Below are positions 19,120-28,377 of a stretch of 64,000 nt of DNA, one piece after another. Location of the stretch: IMG/VR virus record IMGVR_UViG_3300023296_000332, positions 4,939-68,938 of that record; one strand, 5' to 3'. The notes under the pieces were generated by a model. The model had not been told where the DNA came from and ran no database searches. It saw nothing but the letters and a program-made list of their open reading frames with translations. Position 1 is the stretch's first letter. Every line of letters begins with the position of its first letter. This stretch comes from a virus. Both the position numbers and the translations under genes were made by a program.

Positions 19120-19287
19120 ATGCCAATCGTTAAAACAATAACTAGAGAACTCACAAAAAACATCGTCAACTATTTATCTCCAATAGATCAAGACAATACT
19201 CCACATAATTTTAGATTTCTAGTAGACAATTCTGGAATATTCGTAGTAGACAGAAATGGCAACAAGATCAGTATGAGAGAACAATAG
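19120..19287 (+). CDS. Small protein (55 aa) not in the ORF track
   Basis: MPIVKTITRELTKNIVNYLSPIDQDNTPHNFRFLVDNSGIFVVDRNGNKISMREQ*. It fills the gap exactly and ends 1 nt before the next ATG. Confidence 0.55.
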   Translation: MPIVKTITRELTKNIVNYLSPIDQDNTPHNFRFLVDNSGIFVVDRNGNKISMREQ

Positions 19288-19288
19288 A

Positions 19289-19573
19289 ATGAAAAAAATA
19301 AAAATAGAACAGTCTGGTCCTTCTCTCCCTGTCTTGGTTGGAAACGGAGGAAGTTCAGAATGGGTTTTAGCTGTTACCGGAGGCGTCGAACAGTCAACTA
19401 ATCTTAAATTAGAAGCTTCTGTAAATAATGAAGACTGGTTTTCAGCAACTAGCGACAGCGGTGACGTAATTTTCACTAAGCCTAGTGCGGTCTTGGTTTC
19501 TTCTGGCTTGTACTACAGAGTCAACGTGGGGGCCTATAGCTCGCCAATTTCTCTACAAATCAAACCAAACTAA
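19289..19573 (+). CDS. Small beta-sandwich-like hypothetical protein
   Basis: 94 aa with the pattern LEAS.....W....YYRV, seen in small phage structural domains. Confidence 0.6.
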   Translation: MKKIKIEQSGPSLPVLVGNGGSSEWVLAVTGGVEQSTNLKLEASVNNEDWFSATSDSGDVIFTKPSAVLVSSGLYYRVNVGAYSSPISLQIKPN

Positions 19574-19583
19574 GGAGACATAA

Positions 19584-19948
19584 ATGACAAACGTATATCT
19601 CAACAACATGGATGACACTTGGAACGATTCCAATGTAAATTATGTTAGCGTTAAAATGGATATTGATGATCAAAATTCAGGCCCTTCTAGTAAAATATTG
19701 GATTGCAAAGCATTTTAGACGAAGAAGTAATACCACAAGAGACATGGGAAACTTGGGGAACACATGGAGAATCTCACAAACCTCAAAAGGTTGGAGACAA
19801 GTGGTATCTTTCTAGCAACGTTGGAATATCTGGCACACCTCTGAAAGCTAGTCAGTGGGCACCACTTATGTTAACTGGACAAGTCAAGCCAATTTCTGTA
19901 AAAGGCTACAAAACTATTGTCTTAGAAAATTCTATTGAAGAAGTTTAA
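19584..19948 (+). pseudogene. Fused remnants of two genes (deletion scar)
   Basis: 19584-19718 (AAGGAG SD, 44 aa) resembles the N-terminus of 23288-23689. The out-of-frame 19703-19948 resembles the C-terminus of 22211-22738. Confidence 0.7.
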
Positions 19949-20032
19949 TGAAGGACAGCCCGTCTGCAATTACACTAGACAAATTAAAATTAGTAAAAAT
20001 AAGGAAATCATTTCTGAAAACTGATTAGAATG

Positions 20033-20041
20033 GTGTATAAT
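20033..20041 (+). promoter_or_regulatory. GTGTATAAT putative late promoter
   Basis: Intergenic, upstream of the 699-aa LamG gene. Confidence 0.65.
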
Positions 20042-20114
20042 AAAATAGAAGAAAATTTCAAACTAGCCTCCTAGCCTACTCCGACTCTCAAATCCGCCTA
20101 ATCCGGTTTCCAAC

Positions 20115-22214
20115 ATGCCAGCCAACCCTTACCCGAAATTCAGAGTCGCAGATCCAGTTCGATTGGGTAGTGAAGTTTCGATTGAAGATAGTGATGATGC
20201 CGAAGCAGTTCGGAGCAAGCTCGGGACAAATAGCTCAGCTGAAACGCAAGCACTCATTGACAACCTTGATGGTGCCACGCAAACCTTCCAAGAACTAGCG
20301 GCAACACTACCTACCGTCAAACCCACATCACCCTACACATTTTGGCGTGACTCGCCTTACATTTTAGAGACACTGCCAGAATTAGATGCTATTGAGTTGA
20401 ATCAATACGCACTTGACGGTGGCTTGGCGTACCAGCCCGGTACGACCTACCTACGAAGCCTCGAATCGCACGGGGATTGGCGTGAGCCCAGACAAGGACG
20501 AGGTTACCTATTCGATGGAACGGACGACAAGCTAGTTGGTGGGTCGGTCACGGGCACTACGATCATCACGAAAATCGGGACATCATCGCTCACAGTAGAC
20601 ACAGGCGAAATCACGGCAACGGCAGGAACGCTCAATTATCTGGCACTGAGCAATGGAAGTATCTATAGGTGCAACGAAGAATCGGGCACAATTGCTTATG
20701 ATTCCAGCGGCAACGGAAATGATCTGACGCTGACGAACATCACGCAATCAACATTCCATGCGACTGATACAAGCCTTGTGAACCCTGCCAATGAAGTTGG
20801 GTACAGTTATTTCAACAAACTGCTTTCTGATCAAGACGTTTGGGTTTTTGGGCCAAACATCGGAATATCACAAACGACAATTGAATTTGACGGAAGCCCC
20901 GCTTACGAAGCTGCTAGGTATGATTTCTCATCAATTGCAGAAATCGGAGTTTCGTACTCGATTAGTTTTGATATAGATTCATTGTCAAGCGAGATTCAGG
21001 TTTTCCTAGGGGTTAACTCGTTAACCTCATCACAGATTGGAACCTTCACTGAGCCGGGGGCATACTCATTTGTTAAAGAATTAACAGAAGGGAACAACCT
21101 CCTATTCAGGATGCTTGGGGCTAGCAATACAGCGTCTATCCAAAACATTCGCTTAGCTAAGATTGACTCTCCACCCATCATCCCTCGCGATGAATCAGAC
21201 CCATCAAACGACGTACTCGGCAACGATCTTCAGTACACAAGCAAAGCCCCAAGGCCGATTCAATCGAGTGTGCCTTGCTTGACTCTGGACGGGGTGGATG
21301 ACTATGTCACCCACGGAAAACTTGGAAAAACATCAGGCACCTACTCAAAGGTAAAACAAGAAATTCGATTCTTTGCGAATTCCCTTGCCACGTACTTTCT
21401 TTCATCAAAATCGTTGGGAAACTCAAACTCGGAAAGCCTGGAAATTCACATCAAAGCGGATGGTGCTATTAGGTTCATTCCAAAAGCGGGGGTGTTTTTT
21501 GACTCACCCACCGGAACGGTCTTAGCGTCCACATGGCATTTGGCAGTTTTTGAGTGGGACGCTTCAATAGGCACAGCAACGCTTGCGTTTAATGGAAATG
21601 CAGTTTCTTTATCACAATCTGGTGATGGTGACGCATCTACAGCTGGCGATTTCGTTGATGTTGATTATCGGATTGGAGCGAGAGGTGAGGACTTACATTT
21701 CATTCCAGGCCGATTCGCCTATGCAATCTTGACGGTAGATGATGAAGTTCTAGTGAACTCAACATTCCAAGAAGGTTCCGGCCCAATAGTCTACGACACC
21801 AGCGGCAACGGTAACCACGGCACACTGATCAACGCCAACCTGGCCAACGCATGGGCGAACACGACTGATGTGGTTGAGGATCATTGCATCAATCACGGTG
21901 GTCGCATGGATGGCACTGCATTCGTCCCCGGCATCCCAGGCAACGACAACGCAGCCAACGGACTGACAAAGACACTCGCAGCAGGCAAGTTCGGCAACCC
22001 GCATAGCCGCCTAAACTTCAATCCGTTCACCTTGCCAGAATTGACGGCGATCAATACTGAGACGGCTTACGAAGTAACAGACGCACGTCAGACTGTCGCC
22101 CCTGCTGATACCAAGTTTGTTCAATCAAAATCAGATGGTGATGACAAATTCTTTTCTTCGGACTCACCGTTAACCGGTGACGACTTACTACACGCAAACG
22201 GGTACACAACATGA
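20115..22214 (+). CDS. LamG/concanavalin-like lectin domain virion protein
   Basis: FDGTDD / LDGVDDY, two copies of E.SG...YD.SGNGN..TL.N, and WHLAVFEWD...LAFNG. Confidence 0.7.
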   Translation: MPANPYPKFRVADPVRLGSEVSIEDSDDAEAVRSKLGTNSSAETQALIDNLDGATQTFQELAATLPTVKPTSPYTFWRDSPYILETLPELDAIELNQYALDGGLAYQPGTTYLRSLESHGDWREPRQGRGYLFDGTDDKLVGGSVTGTTIITKIGTSSLTVDTGEITATAGTLNYLALSNGSIYRCNEESGTIAYDSSGNGNDLTLTNITQSTFHATDTSLVNPANEVGYSYFNKLLSDQDVWVFGPNIGISQTTIEFDGSPAYEAARYDFSSIAEIGVSYSISFDIDSLSSEIQVFLGVNSLTSSQIGTFTEPGAYSFVKELTEGNNLLFRMLGASNTASIQNIRLAKIDSPPIIPRDESDPSNDVLGNDLQYTSKAPRPIQSSVPCLTLDGVDDYVTHGKLGKTSGTYSKVKQEIRFFANSLATYFLSSKSLGNSNSESLEIHIKADGAIRFIPKAGVFFDSPTGTVLASTWHLAVFEWDASIGTATLAFNGNAVSLSQSGDGDASTAGDFVDVDYRIGARGEDLHFIPGRFAYAILTVDDEVLVNSTFQEGSGPIVYDTSGNGNHGTLINANLANAWANTTDVVEDHCINHGGRMDGTAFVPGIPGNDNAANGLTKTLAAGKFGNPHSRLNFNPFTLPELTAINTETAYEVTDARQTVAPADTKFVQSKSDGDDKFFSSDSPLTGDDLLHANGYTT

Positions 22215-22738
22215 TCACTATTTTCGGACCTAAATCACTTACCCTGCCGTCTGCACTTGGCGGTGACGATGCAATCTACGGACTGGTTGTTGTGTGTGCT
22301 ACACGAGGCTTGACTGTTAATGAGAAGCAAGGATCGGACACGGTTTCCGTCCACGGAATCAAAGACACTGGCTTGGTGACCCTCCAAATTGTGCAATTAC
22401 TACTGAGCAAGGGAGCCGATGTTCTTGGCTACCCCGTGTTCTTTGAAATCGACGATGTGACGGCGTTGTGCCCGTTCTCGCCTGATGATGCAGTCGATGC
22501 AGAGGGTGATCCCATTCCCCAAGAGACATGGGAAACATGGGGTGTGGTCGGTGAATCCCACAAGCCAAGACTGATCGACGGCAAGTGGTACCGATCCAAC
22601 AACGTCGGTGCTTCAGGTGAACCTCTGGACGCAAGCAAGTGGGCAAGCTGGATCGGCAGCCCACCTGCTGGGATCACTGTGCTGTCGGTTGACGACTACA
22701 AAGCACTGGCGGATTCTCAAGAACTGGAAACAGCATGA
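22211..22738 (+). CDS. Hypothetical protein
   Basis: ATGA overlap with the upstream gene. A paralogous fragment lies at 19703-19948. Confidence 0.7.
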   Translation: MITIFGPKSLTLPSALGGDDAIYGLVVVCATRGLTVNEKQGSDTVSVHGIKDTGLVTLQIVQLLLSKGADVLGYPVFFEIDDVTALCPFSPDDAVDAEGDPIPQETWETWGVVGESHKPRLIDGKWYRSNNVGASGEPLDASKWASWIGSPPAGITVLSVDDYKALADSQELETA

Positions 22739-23286
22739 CAACTTACACCGACTACTACAGGCACACCAACAGCACCGACACGCTTTACGCAGTGCCTCTT
22801 ACAGTAGATGCTTGGTCGATTACTGGGTTGGTCGATGGCGACGATTCACAGGTTGCTGGCTTGTTTGTGTTCGAGGGGCTGGACGATGAAACAGCTTATG
22901 AGATCCGTATTAGAGCGGGAGCGGGCCCGCTAGAGACTGACGTGTCAATTGCTGCGTTTTCCGCATTAGCCAATGTGCCTACCGCAGCTGAAATCAGTTT
23001 CAGTATCGCGAACGATGTTGTCAATGACGACAACGACTGGGATATTGCAAAGCAATCTTTAGTGGGCCAGATATGGGAGAACACTGACCGAACACTTACC
23101 TCAATTGCCGACAGTACTGGCATGACGACGCTGTTGACGCGGATCACCGGTCTGTTGCAGACCAAGGCTCAGGCCGATACAGACCAAGCAGAGGTCATTT
23201 CCGCGGTAGACAATGTGCCTACTACGGAACAAGTTGAAGAAATCGCAACATATTCAAAAATAGCCGCTAAAAATACCCAGGAATAA
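22735..23286 (+). CDS. Hypothetical structural protein
   Basis: ATGA overlap. The IW....RTLT motif is frequent in phage fibre stalks. Confidence 0.6.
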   Translation: MTTYTDYYRHTNSTDTLYAVPLTVDAWSITGLVDGDDSQVAGLFVFEGLDDETAYEIRIRAGAGPLETDVSIAAFSALANVPTAAEISFSIANDVVNDDNDWDIAKQSLVGQIWENTDRTLTSIADSTGMTTLLTRITGLLQTKAQADTDQAEVISAVDNVPTTEQVEEIATYSKIAAKNTQE

Positions 23287-23287
23287 A

Positions 23288-23689
23288 ATGGCCTATATAT
23301 ATAATATGACTGATCTTTGGGACGATATTGAAAAACCTTATGACGCTATAAAGATGGACGTAGACGATCAAAACTCTTCAATTGATAGCAACCTCATAGA
23401 TTTAAAAATCAACAGCTCTACAAAGTTTTCAATTGACAAAACAGGGGCTCTTCTAGTGGGCAATGTTGAAAAAACATTAGAAAATCTAAATATATCGACC
23501 TATGTCTTTCTGGAAGATTTAAAAACTGAAGACTATGTTTATTATGGTGGAGAGACCTCTTCTGGGAAATGGAAAGTGAATAGGTTTGACGCAAGCGTAA
23601 ACAAAACTGTAGCTAATAAAGACAATAATCCCACCTATGAAACGTTAACCCTAGCTTGGATAGACCTTGAAACTCTTGTGTATTCATGA
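23288..23689 (+). CDS. Small fibre-related protein
   Basis: N-terminal IYNMTD.W......AIKMDV.D..S motif and C-terminal W..R/K...AW...ETL.Y motif. Confidence 0.6.
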   Translation: MAYIYNMTDLWDDIEKPYDAIKMDVDDQNSSIDSNLIDLKINSSTKFSIDKTGALLVGNVEKTLENLNISTYVFLEDLKTEDYVYYGGETSSGKWKVNRFDASVNKTVANKDNNPTYETLTLAWIDLETLVYS

Positions 23690-23889
23690 CGCCAACAGCT
23701 CCAATTATAAAGAGAAGAATCGCCCAATTTGGAGACTGGGATAGCGTTCCAGTAGGAACGTTTGTAAAAAAGATGGAAGATGGCTCCGTAGGGTATGAAG
23801 AAGTGTATACTAAGCTAGAGGTAGATCAGAAAATTTTAGATGCTATCCAGAGTTTTATAGACGAAGGCGATATTATTAGGCTTAGATAA
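23686..23889 (+). CDS. Small hypothetical protein
   Basis: ATGA and TAATG couplings on both sides, plus a YTK.EVD motif. Confidence 0.55.
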   Translation: MTPTAPIIKRRIAQFGDWDSVPVGTFVKKMEDGSVGYEEVYTKLEVDQKILDAIQSFIDEGDIIRLR

Positions 23890-24668
23890 TGAACATAAAT
23901 TTACCGTTAGCTACAGGTTTTCAACCTGACCTCTTAGGTGTAATAGGTTACACCATTCTCAATACTAATGGTACTACTTATCTAGCTAGGACAACAAGCG
24001 GTATAACAGAGCAAAATGAAACCTATGCCGCTTCTGTAGACATAGATGCGAAGGATTTGCCCCTAATAGTAAAATGGGACGACTCTAGCTCTCAAGACGT
24101 GTCTTACGCAGGAATAGAAGGGGACGAGGCAATAGTCGGGTCTAGCTACCCAGTAATTCCGTCCTCTTCTGCAAATCTTTCAGGTTGGAAACAAATGGTT
24201 GTTTTAACCTTGAGGCACCTAACTGGAGACATTGATCCGTCTGAGTATGAATATTCAGATGAGAGGTTTTTACAGTTATTCTTAGTAGCCTCCAGTCTAG
24301 TCTCTTTTGACATAGATTTCTCTGAAGATTATGAGATACAGATATCAGCACAAGAAATTATCCCAGACCCAGAAAAAGATAAGGATTTTATAACACTAGG
24401 CTGCTTGAAGGCTGCGTGTATATTGCTTACAAGTGAGGGCAAGTCTGCTTCTGGTTGTAAAATCTCAATGAAGGACGGCCCATCCAGCATTACAGTGGAT
24501 AAATCTGATCTTATAAAGACTTTAAAAGACATGAGCAAAAGCCTGTGTGACAAATACGAAGAAGCTGCCTTTCTTTTTAAGCAAGAGGGCACTTTAGGAG
24601 TAGCTATCTTTGGCCCTCATGGAATTGGCATTGTCGACCAACACGATACACGAAGAAACTTTAGGTAA
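23889..24668 (+). CDS. Head-tail adaptor-like protein with extra N-terminal domain
   Basis: C-terminal 160 aa LRHLTGD......YSDERF.....ISMKDGPSSI resembles head-tail connector/adaptor proteins. Confidence 0.55.
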   Translation: MNINLPLATGFQPDLLGVIGYTILNTNGTTYLARTTSGITEQNETYAASVDIDAKDLPLIVKWDDSSSQDVSYAGIEGDEAIVGSSYPVIPSSSANLSGWKQMVVLTLRHLTGDIDPSEYEYSDERFLQLFLVASSLVSFDIDFSEDYEIQISAQEIIPDPEKDKDFITLGCLKAACILLTSEGKSASGCKISMKDGPSSITVDKSDLIKTLKDMSKSLCDKYEEAAFLFKQEGTLGVAIFGPHGIGIVDQHDTRRNFR

Positions 24669-24673
24669 ATCAA

Positions 24674-25603
24674 ATGCAAAAAACAAAACAACAACTGCTA
24701 GATGAGGTTTTAGCCTTATTTGCCGACAACAACTCGGCCAATATTAGTGCTCAAGATCTAAGAGAGAACACATACGACATCGTAGACTCTGTTAATAGTA
24801 TAGTTTCCAGTGGGGATCACGACGCAGAGTTTCCATTCTATAATGACGTTAGGGCCTCTCTAGCAGAGGGCGGGGGATTCTTTGTCGCTGAATCAGGTAT
24901 GAAATTTCCTAACTCAGAAAATAGTCAAGTTCAATACGACGCTTATCCTGGCCCTGGTGGAATTGAGCATGACGAGCTAGCTAGTAGGCACGGTGACATT
25001 GGGGCACACAATCAATATTTAGCTGTTAACGGCCAAAGGCTAATGGAAGAGAACCTTCCTATGGGTCCACACTGGATCAACGCTTCTGGTGCTGGCTCTG
25101 ATGACAGAGGGTTGAAGTTTGTACCTAACGGTGAAGCTGACGACATTCATGTTGGCACATCTGGAACATTCGTGTTCGCAGACGACTCGAAGATTCAAAG
25201 TGGCCGTGGCGTCGCTAAGGCTTGGATCAACTTCGATGGAAGTGGTCAGGGCACCTATGGTGTTCCCGTAGTAAGATCTTCCCATAACATTGCCGCTATC
25301 CAATATCTGGATGAGGGCAAATACAAAATTACTATTCCTAGTGGGGTACTCAAAGGTGCAAATTTCACCGCCATTGGCTCAAGCAATTCAAGAACTACTG
25401 GATCGAGTAATACAGATTTTGATAGAAACACTGTTGGTTTGGTGTCTAGAGAAATTGATGTCGAAGGTAAAACAAGTGTCACCTTCCTTGTACTCAATGA
25501 TGCAGGACGATACGTTGACGCCGAAATTAACGACCTAGTCTTATACGGCTATGACGAGAACGAAGCAGATCAACCTACACCACTGGTAATTCCAAAGCTG
25601 TAA
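24674..25603 (+). CDS. Short fibre-like protein
   Basis: N-terminal DN..NISAQDLR motif and C-terminal AKAWINFDG...RSSHNI..I.....GKY.I domain, common at phage fibre tips. Confidence 0.6.
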   Translation: MQKTKQQLLDEVLALFADNNSANISAQDLRENTYDIVDSVNSIVSSGDHDAEFPFYNDVRASLAEGGGFFVAESGMKFPNSENSQVQYDAYPGPGGIEHDELASRHGDIGAHNQYLAVNGQRLMEENLPMGPHWINASGAGSDDRGLKFVPNGEADDIHVGTSGTFVFADDSKIQSGRGVAKAWINFDGSGQGTYGVPVVRSSHNIAAIQYLDEGKYKITIPSGVLKGANFTAIGSSNSRTTGSSNTDFDRNTVGLVSREIDVEGKTSVTFLVLNDAGRYVDAEINDLVLYGYDENEADQPTPLVIPKL

Positions 25604-25611
25604 GGTAACAA

Positions 25612-27456
25612 ATGTTTAAGCTACACGACAGAGTAAAAGAGACATCTTACACTCAGGGTACGGGAAACCTTATCTTGAGAGAGGCTGTCGCTGGCTTTAG
25701 GACGTTTTCTTCTGTTTACGCAGATCAAGACAGTTTCTTCTACTGCATTACCAACAACTCCAATTACGAGATTGGTATTGGCAAGTATGTATCTACTAAT
25801 AATGAACTTGAAAGAGTAGAAGTATTAGACTCAACAACTGGAATCGCGATTAGCTGGGGACAAGGAATTAAAGAGATCTATGTTACTTATACTGCCACTA
25901 GGTCTATTCATTCAGATGGAAGCTTATCAGGAGATATGGTTGCACTAGTGGCAGACAAAAGTTCTATCTCTGGAGACCCTGGTTTTAGATATGCCGATGA
26001 CAAGCTTTTAACTTCCACTATCGAGCTTGACGAAAAAATTACCGCCCCCCAAGTTTATGTGGGCGGGATTGTACTAGACTCTAGCACAACAGAACAAACA
26101 GAGCCTTTCCTTAGGACAGAACTAGAAGCTTTAACCAAAATAGACGAAGTAGTCTATGTCTCTGGTGAAGTAGATCAAATTTTAGCCTTTAAGAAACAGG
26201 CCCCAAGCACAGTACTAGCTGGCCCAATGGCCGATTGCGATGGACAGCCCTGTGAAGATGACTATCCATACTTTCGCCCCATCTCTTCTGACGACCTCCC
26301 AACATTAGACGCTAGTAAGATTGATTACAATCCTAGTAACTCTGGAGACTGGTCTTCTATCCCTACAAACGCTAGGCAAGCACTTGACAAATTAGCTTCG
26401 GAAGAGAATCTATACCTTGTTAAAGATAACAATCTTTCAGACTTAACAAACCCCTCCCTTGCTAGATTCAATCTAGGAGTAGGAGCCTCAGGGCAAGATA
26501 ACTCAGTAAATGTAACTCTTACTGGATCTGAACAGTACTTAACAATCAATGGTCAAGAAATTACTAGGGGCAAGATTGATCTTTCTTCTAGCGTCTCTGG
26601 AGATCTGCCCGTAGAGAATCTAAATGGTGGATCTAATGCAGATAGCACCACATTCTGGAGGGGCGATGGCTCTTGGTCCACAGTAAACCCAGACCTATCT
26701 GGATATGTCAGCGATAGTGATTCAAGACTATCAGATGACAGAAACCCAAACGCACACACCCACGAATTCTCAGAGATCAGTGGCAACCTACCAGTAACCA
26801 AGCTTAACGGGGGTGCTGACGCAAGTGTCCTCACATTCTGGCGTGGAGACGGATCTTGGTCTACAATTTCAGAGGAAGACACAATAGAAAGAGGCACTTA
26901 TGCACAAGGTATAGACTCTGCCGGTGCCGTCTTTTGTTCTGGTGGTTCAAACAGGGTCGTTCAACACTCAAAAATAAGGGCTATTGGATATAATAGTTCC
27001 GGTGTATACACAGACATACCAGCGGTGGGAACTGGATCTAATGTTTCAGACTACCCATCTTTATTGCACGTAGAGTCTAAGCCAAACAATTTACAGCAAA
27101 GGGTTGTGTTTCAGTTTGCCGGAAGTAGCACCACAGGAGTTGGGACTACGCTAAAACTAAGAGTAGGCAATTTAAGCACAACAGACACAGACGTAGTTGG
27201 AACTATTAAAGCTTGGTGGGAAAATAACGCACCAGCAAATGCGTATCAGTTAGGATTAAAAGACAACGTACTTGGATTTAATGAATATAAATTTAACCTT
27301 AGTGATGGAGAAGTCATTTTAGACTATACTAAGTTTTTACAACAAAATCCTATGTTCGGAACAAATGTCGCCTTCTTTTCAATAGAGCCTGTAAGGGGAG
27401 TGTCTTTTGATGTGAAGTGCTTGTATACTCAATCCGCTTACTGTGTGTCAGCATAG
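25612..27456 (+). CDS. Fibre-like protein
   Basis: N-terminal DRVKET..T.GTG motif, NNLSDL...ARFNLG, and two TFWRGDGSWST repeats. Confidence 0.65.
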   Translation: MFKLHDRVKETSYTQGTGNLILREAVAGFRTFSSVYADQDSFFYCITNNSNYEIGIGKYVSTNNELERVEVLDSTTGIAISWGQGIKEIYVTYTATRSIHSDGSLSGDMVALVADKSSISGDPGFRYADDKLLTSTIELDEKITAPQVYVGGIVLDSSTTEQTEPFLRTELEALTKIDEVVYVSGEVDQILAFKKQAPSTVLAGPMADCDGQPCEDDYPYFRPISSDDLPTLDASKIDYNPSNSGDWSSIPTNARQALDKLASEENLYLVKDNNLSDLTNPSLARFNLGVGASGQDNSVNVTLTGSEQYLTINGQEITRGKIDLSSSVSGDLPVENLNGGSNADSTTFWRGDGSWSTVNPDLSGYVSDSDSRLSDDRNPNAHTHEFSEISGNLPVTKLNGGADASVLTFWRGDGSWSTISEEDTIERGTYAQGIDSAGAVFCSGGSNRVVQHSKIRAIGYNSSGVYTDIPAVGTGSNVSDYPSLLHVESKPNNLQQRVVFQFAGSSTTGVGTTLKLRVGNLSTTDTDVVGTIKAWWENNAPANAYQLGLKDNVLGFNEYKFNLSDGEVILDYTKFLQQNPMFGTNVAFFSIEPVRGVSFDVKCLYTQSAYCVSA

Positions 27457-27486
27457 TTCAAATAAAAAACAAGATAGGTTAAGAAA

Positions 27487-27681
27487 ATGTCATTCGTAAA
27501 CGCAAAAGATGAAAACAAACACGACGAAGCTACTGCCACAAATAATGGCGGAAGTGTTGTCGTTGTTGCCAGAGGGTCAACCCCTGAACAAGCGGTGGGG
27601 GACAAGTCAACAGAAGGCCCAGAGGAACAGGGTGGTCACAATAGGGCAATTAAAGAGAGCAATTATGTAGGTGGTTGGTAA
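27487..27681 (+). CDS. Small hypothetical protein
   Basis: 64-aa ORF in the sense direction, followed by hairpins. Confidence 0.4.
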   Translation: MSFVNAKDENKHDEATATNNGGSVVVVARGSTPEQAVGDKSTEGPEEQGGHNRAIKESNYVGGW

Positions 27682-27714
27682 GCCCTTGAATCTATTTGAT
27701 TCTTGAGACTCAAA

Positions 27715-27740
27715 CGGTGCTTTCTTCTTGCACCGCTTTC
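27715..27740 (+). terminator. Possible terminator hairpin
   Basis: CGGTGC-TTTCTTCTT-GCACCG followed by a weak CTTTC tract. Confidence 0.4.
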
Positions 27741-27876
27741 AGTTCTGTGAATCTCTTGATTCTTATCCAGTATGGAAGGAATAAGGAACTAGAACTTTTA
27801 TGTCTAAAGACATTATAGCTAGCAAAGACCAAACCGACAACCACAAAATGTTTATTTTCTTTTAAAGAGCCCAAAT

Positions 27877-28377
27877 ATGAGTAATCCCTGCAAAATTCCA
27901 CAAAAGGTAATCGACGAAGCGATGGCTCAATGGGTCTGCTTGGTTGAACAGGCCTACGAGACATTCGGCGTAGATTGCGATGTGGTCTACTCAGGGCCTT
28001 CACAATCGACTCCAGCGGTGATTACGAACAATATACCACAAACCAATTCAATCAACTCTAGGAGGCGTCTGAGCGACCTAGAATACGACTTCCAAGATGA
28101 GACCATTTCTCAGACGGAGACTTCCGAGAAGGTCAAAATCAGAATTTACTGGGATGCCAAAGAATGGTACACTGTCTACGGTCTAACAAAGGTGCCTGAA
28201 AACCAAGTTATGATGTTAACACACCTTGAACATGCAGAAAAGCTTTCTCAAGCGATCAAAATTAAGTTCACGGATAAGTTTCAAAAGGTGTACATATTTA
28301 CTAGAGTAAGTAAGCCTGTTCCCTATGGATTTGCTAAAGACAAGTACTCCTCTTCTATCTGGGAACAAGTGCAGTAA
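27877..28377 (+). CDS. Putative head-closure/stopper protein
   Basis: Size and position in the neck cluster, and C-terminal P.PYGF....Y....W pattern. Confidence 0.45.
   Translation: MSNPCKIPQKVIDEAMAQWVCLVEQAYETFGVDCDVVYSGPSQSTPAVITNNIPQTNSINSRRRLSDLEYDFQDETISQTETSEKVKIRIYWDAKEWYTVYGLTKVPENQVMMLTHLEHAEKLSQAIKIKFTDKFQKVYIFTRVSKPVPYGFAKDKYSSSIWEQVQ

Noticed and set aside
19703-22738. Paralogous segments as a diversity-generating retroelement template/variable pair
   Set aside because: Differences are widespread, largely synonymous and not adenine-specific, and no reverse transcriptase is present in the window.
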